Positions 24,968-35,055 of a stretch of DNA of 64,000 bases are shown here, one piece after another. How positions within the stretch are numbered: position 1 is the first letter of the stretch; each line of letters starts with the position of its first letter. Under the pieces are notes generated by a model. That model ran no database searches. It was not told the DNA's origin and worked only from the letters and a program-made list of their open reading frames with translations. Position numbers and translations under genes: made by a program. This DNA comes from Oculina patagonica (taxonomy: Eukaryota): positions 8,246,001 through 8,310,000 of the forward strand of contig NC_135761.1 of NCBI RefSeq assembly GCF_052425735.1, read 5' to 3'.

Positions 24968-27202
24968 TAATGATGATGATGATGATGATGATGATGATAC
25001 TAAACGAATCTTTAAACAGGATTAAACCATCAGTACTTGAAAGGACTGTTATCATAGGGGTCCTGTGAGATTTAAAAGATTTGAAAAAAATTAAAAAAGT
25101 TAAAACTACAAAAACACTTTAAAAATTTAAAAAGCCTAACCAACATGGGAAAAACATATAAAAATATAAAAAAAACATTTAAAAATTTACAAATAAAAAA
25201 AATGGCCCCTAAAAATAATTGCCAAAAATGGGTCCTTAAAATAATGATCTAGTTTTATTACAAATTGCTATGCTAGTCCACTGAAGAGGCCGTTTTTCCG
25301 CCGCTTATGGATTTTTACGGAAATATCTCGTTCGCGTTTCATGCAATCCATGCAGAAACCTTTCGCTCATTAGATTAAGCTTTTGGACGTTTTGTAAATG
25401 TTTGGGTGATTTTTGGTGGTGCTGAAGGAATTTTTTTTTTCAAAAAAGAAAAAGGATTCGTTAAATTGAGAGAAATAGGGAATAATGCAGATTTAATGTA
25501 GTTTTGAAATTGGAATTTGCAGTTAAAAATTAGTAGATGAACACCAAACGGTCCCCTGACAACCTAGGATGCTCTTGCGTGGAGGTCAACTGTCAGATGG
25601 TTTTCCAAAAATAATAATTTACATCCGATTTACAGTGCCAGATACATCCATTACATCCGTCACAAGTTGAAATGTGCGTTTAAGAGAACCCCAAAACAAA
25701 TCATTAGTTAAACCAGTTGCTTGATTCCTTTTCTATTGAAATGGTTTTCAATCACGTATTTAAAAATATGTGATCTGCATATTCATTGAATGATTAATTG
25801 ACTTGTTTTGCGAAAACAATGCTCAAAATCTCGAGAAATGATTTAGTATCAAGTGCCCTTCTCACATTGAGAAGTTTAATTGTTGAGAACAATTTGTTAC
25901 AAGACAAAGATATATCAGTATTTAGAATATACTAAACGGCAGTGGACAGCGTTTTTTGGCGCGCGCTGATTGGCTACGCAAATTCCGAATATCCTTTGTC
26001 ATTAAAAACTAGCAATGGAATACAGTCAACTCTCTCTCAACGGACACCTCTGTAAGACGGACACCTCCATAAGACGGACACCTGGTGATGGTTCCTGCTG
26101 TTTTTCAGTCATTTAACTGTAACCAAACTCCCTATAAGACGGACACCTCTCTAAGACGGACAACGGACACTTTGAAATCATTAACGGACACTTGAGAAGT
26201 GTTTTTTTTTTAATGTTTTATTACGGAAAATACTGCCAAACTTCGCAAAGTTAGTCCGCGCCCTAAAGATACGTGTATACCAAGCTTACTAACCACAAAC
26301 AATGACGCTTTAACGGATTACTTTTTTGCTTACGTATATGGACACTAAAGAGGTCATTCTCCACTTACAGTATTACAGTTTGTAGAAGCTCTCAATTTTT
26401 ACTTTAAAAAGCAAACACGGTCCTTTTATTATTTTTTTTAGTCTTGTTGCAGTTAGCAAAGGTTTGTTGCACTGTGCAAAGGTTTAGCTTTATTATCTCA
26501 AAATTACTGGTGTCATGTTACCTCGACTCTCTACAGAGCGGACACCTCTCTAAGACGGACAGCTGCGGGCCGGTCCCGAAGGTGTCCGTCTTAGAGAGAG
26601 TTGACTGTATTGAAATTCCGGCGTTTTGATTGGTCAACAGGCAATGGTACATGAGCTCATATACCATTGACCACAAATTTTGTAGCCGATACGCGTCAAT
26701 GAAAATAGCTGAGGAGCTCAAATATTGCAATTATTTGGGCGTTTTTAATAAAACAATTATTTCACTCGCGCTTGTTGGATATGAGAACGTTATAGCCAAC
26801 TAGCCACTTTCTCAGACACTTTCACTGTGAATAGCTGTTAAATATTATTTTGGAATTTCTTATCAGGAGTGCTCATTTGTCAAGAAGAACAGCAATACCC
26901 ACCTCCGAGTTGTTTACCAGGGAAACATGCGGGTCTATACAGCAAATACCTGCAACCGATGGTTCTTCACATTTAACGGTGCCGAGTGCTCCATGCCAAT
27001 CGACACGGCGGTTTACTCCGGTGGCGCGTGGAACATCATTCGCGCGGCTACCATCGAGGGTTACTGCCCAGGCATCTCCAGGAGTACAGTCAAGGTGGCG
27101 CTGAATGTTGGTTCCTGTGCTGGTTACACCCGAGGGAACGCATACACTGGCTGGAACTCCGTCAGCAGGATCATTGTAGAAGAAGTGGATCCACCCCAGT
27201 AG
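19753..27202 (+). CDS. CTHRC1: CTHRC1-like collagen triple helix repeat protein (gene D), 236 aa
   Basis: Exons 19753-19860, 24359-24625 ([10 protein letters not shown] + 19 Gly-X-Y + NWKQCAW..NGKIS) and 26867-27202. GT-AG, phase 0. Confidence 0.9.
20352..21500. mobile_element. Gene D-specific insertion ending in a ~190-bp palindrome (possibly a Crypton-associated non-autonomous element)
   Basis: Interrupts sequence that is contiguous in B/C intron 1. 21310-21500 is an imperfect palindrome (AACAATTGGTTCATGCTTT..AAAGCATGAACCAATTGTT). Confidence 0.6.
21723..22613 (+). mobile_element. PIF/Harbinger deletion derivative with MADF/Myb-like remnant
   Basis: TIR AGGTGGATTTCCACTG / CAGTGGAAATCCACCT with 3-bp TAA TSD. 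Internal peptide [23 protein letters not shown] (ORF 22047) resembles a MADF N-terminus. Confidence 0.75.
22927..23157 (+). pseudogene. Crypton tyrosine-recombinase transposon, N-terminal fragment
   Basis: [53 protein letters not shown] resembles the N-terminal region of Crypton/DUF3504-family proteins. It is truncated by a palindromic element at ~23157-23310. Confidence 0.65.
24107..24273. mobile_element. Palindromic MITE
   Basis: Arms of ~60 bp: ATTCTCTATTTTCCAATTGCCCATAAT.. / ..ATTATGGGCAATTGGAAAATAGAGAAT. Confidence 0.75.
24272..24323. repeat. (ATT)n microsatellite
   Basis: About 17 perfect ATT units, 35 bp upstream of gene D exon 2. Confidence 0.95.
24934..24998. repeat. Compound (TAA)n(TGA)n microsatellite
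   Basis: Direct reading. Confidence 0.9.
26023..26607. mobile_element. Tc1/mariner-type MITE nested in another insertion (~25925-26840)
   Basis: TIR CAGTCAACTCTCTCT / AGAGAGAGTTGACTG, TA TSD, internal AAGACGGACAC repeats. Confidence 0.85.
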
Positions 27203-28435
27203 TAGCACGCCGGTTAAAATCAGAATCTCTTCGAGCTAGTGTTCAAGTTTTGAAAACAGATCGTCTTGTTTGTCTTACGGTAGCTGTAGATTAGAGATGA
27301 TTAAATAAACACAGCTGTGAAAAGAGATTATAATAGAAAAACAGTGAATTTTAGTGTCAAGCTCTCACGTTGCTATGCAAAGCTTTGATTTCGACCCCTC
27401 AAGTTCTGAATCAATCCTCTTTTTATGCTGAAATCGCGAGCCGAGGAGCCGAAAATCGAGCCACTTGTCGGTTTTGTCCCCTTTCCATCCCGTTGCGCAC
27501 CTCTGGATGCGCTGCAACCTGACCTTACTTACAATGATACTCGCAAAAAGACGTTTACTTTGATTTTTCATGATGTCTCCAAAATCAGAATATATCGGGG
27601 AGCTAATCGGATTGCAAGTAACGTACCCTCGATCTCGGCTGAGACGACTAACGACAACGAATAGGGAGAAATTATAGAAATTATTACTGTTTCGGTTTAT
27701 TTCCGTGACGTTAGACCTCACCACAACTGGTATTGTGAAAAATTTTATTATTCTAACATGATACAAGCAGTCGTAAGTCAGATCTTAAGGCTAGCTTCGT
27801 CCTTCTGTTCATTTTCACTGCCTTTTGTTTAGCGACGTTGTCGTTATTTTCGTAGTTTGGGCTTATATCAGTACAAAGTCTTTTTTAAACCCATGTCCCA
27901 TATTTAGTGGGAAATATCTGGAAGCTTAACAGACGCATCCCCCCTCCCCCACCCTCTTTCTTCTCAACTTGCGCTCTCTATAAGTTATGTACCCAGTTGT
28001 GCATCTAGGCATAGGTAACAGATCTTTTGTGTTTTCACATCATCTCGCAAGAGGACCTGTTTTAATACTTTTTATTGTCGCGGCTCTTTTATTTGTCAAC
28101 GTCACAGTTTCGTTAAAGATTCGTAAAAATTAAACAGGCGAGTTCAAAAAGTTTTCAAAGACAAGGTAAATATTGCCCAGAATTCACCAATATATTTTAA
28201 GCGGTCGATCACTTTTGCGAACTTTTGGCCACACTAAATTTGGATGACAGATTCTTGAATCAGAAAGTTCAACGTTACCTTTAGTCACACTTCTTAAACA
28301 AAAAGATATTTACCAAAACCATTCGAGCTCTTATACAAAAATATCGAGGGATGATCAGGTTGAAGATTCACATGGCTGCTAAATCTCGTGTCTCTTATTG
28401 TGAGGACAGTATACAGTGAAACAAGAACGCTTTGA

Positions 28436-28995
28436 ACAAGAATCCCGCTCAACTCTTTATTTGTTGCGAAGACGCGAACTAAAGCTTTGAACATGAAATA
28501 CCGCAGGTAACTATTTGTTGCGAAGACGCGAACTAAAGCTATGAACATGAAATACCGTTTAACTTGTTCTTCGTTGTGAAGACGCGAACTAAAGCATTGA
28601 GCATGAAATCCATGAAAAACCGCTAAACTTTTTATTCGTTGTTAAGACGCGAACGTAACTAAAGCATTAAGCATGAAATACCGCTTAACTCTTTATTTGT
28701 TGCGAAGACGCAAACTAAAGCTTTGAACATGACATACCGCTTAACTCTTTATTCGTTGCGAAGATGCGAGCTATTAAAAGTATTGAACATGAAGTACCGC
28801 TTAACTTTTTATTCGTTGTGAAGACACGAAACGGCGCTTTGAAAATGAAATCCCGCTTAACTTTTTATTTGTTGGGAAGACGCGAACTAAAGCATTGAAC
28901 ATAAAATACCGCATAACTCTTGAACATGAAATACTGCTTAACTTTTTGTTTGTTACGAAGACGCGAACTAAAGCTATGAAAATGAAATCGCACTA
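28436..28995. repeat. Minisatellite, ~56-62 bp unit, about 9-10 copies
   Basis: Approximate consensus CCGCTTAACTCTTTATTTGTTGCGAAGACGCGAACTAAAGCTTTGAACATGAAATA. Confidence 0.9.
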
Positions 28996-30803
28996 ACTAT
29001 ATATTAAAATACTTGGAATGCGAACCACATGGTAGCTTTTACTTTTGATTACAACATTTGCCCTCCAGTCACCCGAGATTAACTATTTGCACCGAGCAAA
29101 ATATACCAGTACCACCTCCCCTGGGTTAAATTTATTAAATCTTCGGTCTTCCCGATCGTTCAAATCTCCCGCTCGTATGGTAATTAAAACTTTTTAAAAC
29201 TCCCGCGTGTATTTAGAAGCTGTTACCGCCATTGTTCAAAAATGGCCATATAGGGTCATTTTAAGGTCGTAAAACAAAGCCTATTGTTATCAAAGTTGAG
29301 CCACTTTTCTTGATACGATGGTGTCTCGTTTGCGCCCATTGAAACGCTCATGGATTGAGAGCAAGCTCGCCGCTAGGAGAATATACAGTTTTACACCAGG
29401 GGATGCGGAGAGCTTATCATTTACATGGAACTATCGGTGAGAATTTTTCGACAAATGGAACAGTCCATCACGTGAACGGAACAAAAAGAAGCTGTTCCTT
29501 TCAAAAATTCCATTCTGATAGCACCGCGAGAGCTTGGCTTACAAAAAAACGGCGATCGAGGGTAAAACTCTTCTATTTTACCTTCCGTCTTCATGAAGAC
29601 TTGGAGAAAGTTTAAGGAAAACATTCTTGCCGCTTGAGAAGAAACGTTCTTTATCTACGCTCCACTAGAATCTTGAATTAATTTGAATCGATTCATCGGG
29701 TAAATTTTAGTGTTTTTTTGGTTCAATTTTCGACCTTGCTCTGTTTACTAACAGTCTGCATGTTTTTAGCAAATGGTACAAAAAATTTCCGGTCACTCCG
29801 GGAAAAACGGGAAAAAGGTGTAACCTTATTTTCCGAAAAAAAATCCACCGGGATACCTTTCACAGGGGTTCTATTTGAATTCCGGAATAATCGGCCGTTT
29901 TTCCGAACAAATTATGTTACGGGGTATTGACACCGTTACTGATATAGTAAACCGATAATGTGGCTAATGTCGGTCTGTTCAGAGAATAGTACAGCTGAAA
30001 GTATAAGATTGAACATGTCATAGGACGATGTGAAAATAGCAAACGTGGTTTTTATATCTGTGTCAGTATAAAAACCATTTTCCTTTCGTGCAATTCGAAG
30101 AAGCTTTCAGCTTAATGGTCGTTTACATTCTTACATAAGACCTGTGTCGCTTCTTAGAAACACCTCATTTAAGCTTTTAATGGACCTTTTAGGCAAGCTA
30201 ATATATAATAAGTTTGATTGACGGTTTGGTGATTCTTGGCGTGTTGAGCAAAACTCAACTTCAAATACCCCTGAGCATTTTGTTTTTTCATTATTTAGCA
30301 CTACAGCAAGATACAATAACTTCACACTCGAAAGCGGCCCGTGAACAAGGTAATGTAGTTTTTGATCGTTTCTGGATTTACTACGTACGTAGTTATTTTT
30401 TCTGGAGGTTTTTTCTTTTGCCGGCTTTTTTGCCAACGAGAATTTAACATAGAACTTTTGCTTTCTCAGTATTCACGAACCTTCAATTTCCAACAACCAT
30501 CCTTCCTTGCCCTCGCCGGAAGGAACGCCCTAAATCCTTTAATTTGATTTGCATTGCTTTTCTTCTCATTCCGTGCAAAATATTTGTTGACATTTTGAAG
30601 AACTTTGTACAAAGCTTAAATACAACTAAAAACCGGACATTTTGGACATAACTATACCATGTTTTATTAGCAAACGCATCAAAAAGTAGGAAAAAACTAA
30701 TCCTAAATGCTTTAAACCGCATTTTCAAACGCAAGTTTCCTAAGTGTGGCCATTATGTTTCTCTTTTAGACTATACTCCGTTGAAAGACAGTGTTAAAGC
30801 GTC

Positions 30804-31723
30804 ATGTCGAGGGCGATTTTTTCTGTTCTTTGCCTGACTTTCCTGGTGATTCTTCAGCTGCAGTTTATCCACAGCGCTAAAGCCCGGAAGATATCAAAAT
30901 GGAAACAGTGTTTTTGGAAAAGTCTGAGCAGCGACGTCGACGAAGGCAAAATATGCGTAAGCGTTCTTCCAGCTTTACATTGTACATAGCTTGTTATTAT
31001 GAAAGGAAGGAGAAAGAGGTCGCCCCTCGCGTCTCGTTTTTCTCGTTGACCGTTCTTTTAGTCACCAAAAAAAAAAACTCCCGTCCAATGTTTCCAAAAT
31101 TAATAAACATAATTCGGCAAAACTTGCTCTACTGTAATGGTCCGTACTGCAAAATACCAACCTTCCATCATGCTTATCTTTACGAAATGATCGAATGAAT
31201 CGAATCTATCGAATGAAAGTGATGTAACACATACGTTATTACTTTTTTTCTATTACATGATAATTATGATTGTCATAAGTTTCGCTTTAGTAAAGTTTTA
31301 TGCTTTTGCAATACTGTATGTATTTATAGTCGTACAAATAAAGCTTGTTGTTGTTGTTGTTAATAAGTGTGTTTTATTTTCCGATTAGGAATGCGCCTTT
31401 GAAAAGCAGAGAAACAAGACCTACCTCCGAGTTGTTTACCAGGGAAACATGATTCAGAAGCTAGCTGTAACCGATGGTTCTTCACATTGAACGGCGCCGA
31501 GTGCTCCGTACCAATCGACACGGCGGTTTACTCTGAAGGCAAATGGAACATCATCCGTACAGCAACCATTGAGGGTTACTGCCCAGGAATCAACAAGGGC
31601 CCTGTAAAGGTGGGGCTCAATGTGGGTTCCTGTGAGGGTTACACGCGAGGGGACGCATATACCGGCTTTAAGTCCGTGAGCAGGATCATCATAGAAGAAG
31701 TGGAGCCTCCCCAGGAGAGTTAA
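30804..31723 (+). pseudogene. CTHRC1: CTHRC1-like collagen-less gene E, frameshifted
   Basis: Exons 30804-30956 and 31389-31723, close paralog of gene A. After ATG 31449, CGCGTCTTT is replaced by AT (net -7 nt), giving TGA at 31488-31490. Confidence 0.8.
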
Positions 31724-33477
31724 AATCACAATCTGTTTGGGTGTTATAGAGCGGCAAAAGGCAAACGGAAAAGTGTCTGCCTTTAAAAATTCTCAATTGT
31801 AGATTTGTGAAAATGGTGCTGGAATGGTGTAAAGGCGAAATAAATGCAATAAATAAAAGACTGATATAACGCATTAGTGTGATCTTTGTCTGCTCAGTTT
31901 TTCAAGGTTTAGAAGATGTATTGGCCGGTATGCAAGCAAGAGAAGCAGTAAACTTGCATCTAATGAGACTCCTGTCTGTATTTAGAGGACCATTTCCTTC
32001 CCTTTTGAGGTACAAAATTGTCATTTGGACTTCTTATCCTCGCAGAGGCTCCTATAGCAGAAAAAGCAAAACAAAAAACAAAAACAATACATTGTAAAAG
32101 AGAGAGAAGGGTGGGGGAGGTTGTCAGAGCGGTGGCCTGGGAAAGGTTTTTCCATCTATTGTTCCCTATCTCCAGTCCCACTCCGAAGTCGTCACCTTTC
32201 ATTAGCGTGAAATGGCAGTCTGGGGGCTATTCGGAAGCTACTCGCAAGAAGCCGTTTTAAGCTGCTCGTGATCTCTTAGTAAAAAATTTTCGTGGATTGT
32301 CTCGGTGGATATATCAAGTTAAAGAAAACTATTTGGCATATATTTGTCTTCCACAAATGTCTTACAATTCTTACAAATGCATCCAAATGTTAACTTATCT
32401 TCGTTAATCAAGCCAATATTTTAAATCGACAGTTTTCAATCAACATACTCTTTTGCCGTTTTATACGGAACAAATCGATTGCGCCTTAAATAGGTGAAAT
32501 AGGTGATCTGTACGCTAGCTTATTACTTACTTAAAAGGAATGGAAGGCTTTGAATACTAATAATCTCAGAAAAGATTAGAAAATAATCTCTTTTAAGAGA
32601 GAGTAGTTTATATTATTTTTTTATTTTATTTTTGCTTTGTCAACTGACATGAACTCTTTGGTTTGAAAATTAGTGTGGGACTGTCAAATGATTTTCGCTT
32701 GAGCCACTTTGCTGAAACCATTGGAAATATGCTTTCACAGATTAACATCTGACGGTGGATTCCTAATAGAGGCAGCCTCGTATCTAAGAAATTGTAGTTT
32801 TTACACCAGAGCATAACTCCGGCTTCTGAGCATAAAAATGGCCTATCTTGTGACATTTGCACTTTAACATTTCTTAAGTACAAAAAATTGGGAGGGGACG
32901 CTATCGGGGGAATTAAAGTGTGAAAGCATAATTACAATTGTTCACTGACTTTTCTTCCCTGACGCCGGCGTATCTATAGAAAACATTTCACTGTGGCTTT
33001 TACAACATCTTACTTAACACCGACAGATGAGTTTGATTGACATGATTGATTCTTGCTTGAACGTTCCCCTAGTATGTCGATTCTATCATTTTTATAAGTT
33101 ATATATTTTAGCATCTTTCTGGCTAGCTTAGGAAGTTGGTTAGTAATTCAGTGTTACGAATTTTTGGTATTGACTGAGTCACTCAATCTTTTAGGTTGGA
33201 CCACCGTGAGAGAATTGATTTTTCGCATTACTTGAGCTCAATAGATCGGCAAGGCACATCCGCTAATATTAACTTATCCGAAGTGCAAAACTAGCTTCGA
33301 AAGGTATTGTTTTGCTGCTTCACAAACATATATACCAACTAAACTAAACTTATTTTATACTTTCAGTATTTTTCCCTTCATGAAGCTAACTTCACTTCAA
33401 ATACAAGACTTACAAGGATCTTGCATTTAGGTCTGTATGAACCTGTATGTGATACTGTTTAACTTTGCTGGAAGATC

Positions 33478-35055
33478 ATGTCGAGGGCAATTTATTTGGT
33501 CCTTTTCCTGAGTTTCCTGGTGATTGTACAGTTGGTCCACAGCGCTAAGCTGAGAAAGCGACTGCAAGGCGCGGTAGGTATCAGTACAAAGAATTAATTC
33601 CACTGACACCTAAATTAAATAATTCAGTTTTCTGCCTGCTCTGAACCTCTAACTATACTAAATTTTAATATTTTTCCGCAACAAGGACGACAAAACACCG
33701 GTTGGAAAGCACAGACGCGCCAGGGGATTAAACTGGAAACAGTGTTCTTGGAATAACCTAAACAGTGAAGTGAACGACGGGAAAATATGTGTAAGAGCTA
33801 TTCATTACAGAACTATGTGTTTGTGAAACGAATGTTCAGTCAGATGAATCCTAAACCTACCTATTGAACTGCTCCTTCGACAAATTTGATTGATTTAAGC
33901 GTGCATGATTCAAGCCGTCTTCTCTGGTCGCTTTAACTCCCGAAGCAAGAAGATGATCGAAATTCAGGCTAGATTGATCGAGACCACGAAACGAGAACAT
34001 AGAAGTGAAACCACTTCTGCTTTAGTGGCGAATTTCTTGGTCTTTGTGATACATTTTAAATTTAGCTATTACATAATTTACACCAGAAAAACTTGAGAAA
34101 ATCTCTAGCTTAAACGTGTAAATTCAAGTTTAACATTTACAGACGTTTCTTGGGTATGGTGGCTTCCCTTAAAAAGAATAAGAAAAAAAAAACGCAATAC
34201 TTTTACCTCGGATGTAGACGCTTTCGGTCGATCCTTCAACACGCGTGTGAGAAATTTTTTTTCTGGTACCCAGCTAGTTTTTGTCTCTCACTGCTATACA
34301 AAGGACACATAAGACTGAAAAAATTCGAAAACATATAAGGAAAGTTTAAGGTAAACTCACCAATATTTAGATTTAAGCAAGCCTAAAAGCGGAGCTCCCA
34401 ATTTGATTTTCCCTGGAGTTTACGATGTGTCCATTCTGATAAATATGCGGCCCGGGTGCAAGACAAATTTAAATCGCTCATGGTTAAAATATATAATAAT
34501 CTTGAGGCAGAACAACTCATGTTACTAAAAATTAAGAGTTAATTCTCTGCTTTCTAATAATAGAAAATAGTTTCAAGATCCCCTTGAATATAATTCGTGG
34601 ACAAATATTCCCGTCTCTCCCGTTTCTTGCGCGAAGTTGTTTCTTTCATCGGTTGCTTGCGTACGCAAATCAGAATTTAAAATTTAAACTCACTATAAAA
34701 ACTGGTTATATATTTTTAATTTCTGCTTTAGGAATGTTCATTTGACAAAGATTGGAGCGAAACACATCTCCATGTTGAATATAAAGGAAACATGAAGGTA
34801 TTGACAGAATCCGCCTGTAACCGATGGTTCTTTACAATCAACGGCGTCGAGTGCTCCGCACCAGTTGACACGACGGTTTACTCTCAGGGCAAAACTATTT
34901 TTGAGGGATACTGCTCAGGAATAAACAAGGGTCCTGTTAAAGTGGAGCTCAATGTGGGTTCCTGTACTGGTTACACGAGAGGGGACGTGCACACTGGCTG
35001 GAACTCCGTGAGCAGGATCATCGTGGAAGAAGTAGAACCACCCAAGGAAACTTAG
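33478..35055 (+). CDS. CTHRC1: CTHRC1-like collagen-less secreted protein (gene F), ~174 aa
   Basis: Exons 33478-33573 (signal peptide, donor GTAGGT), 33686-33790 (DDKTPVGKHRRARGLNWKQCSW..DGKIC, AAG acceptor) and 34732-35055 (C-terminal domain with a 6-aa in-frame deletion). Confidence 0.78.

Noticed and set aside
28436-28995. Possible CRISPR-like array
   Set aside because: Units are contiguous diverged repeats with no unique spacers, the context is eukaryotic, and there are no cas genes.
30151-30159. STAT-like TTCTTAGAA upstream of E (also ~2577 upstream of A)
   Set aside because: A short AT-rich motif expected by chance, and shared only through recent duplication.
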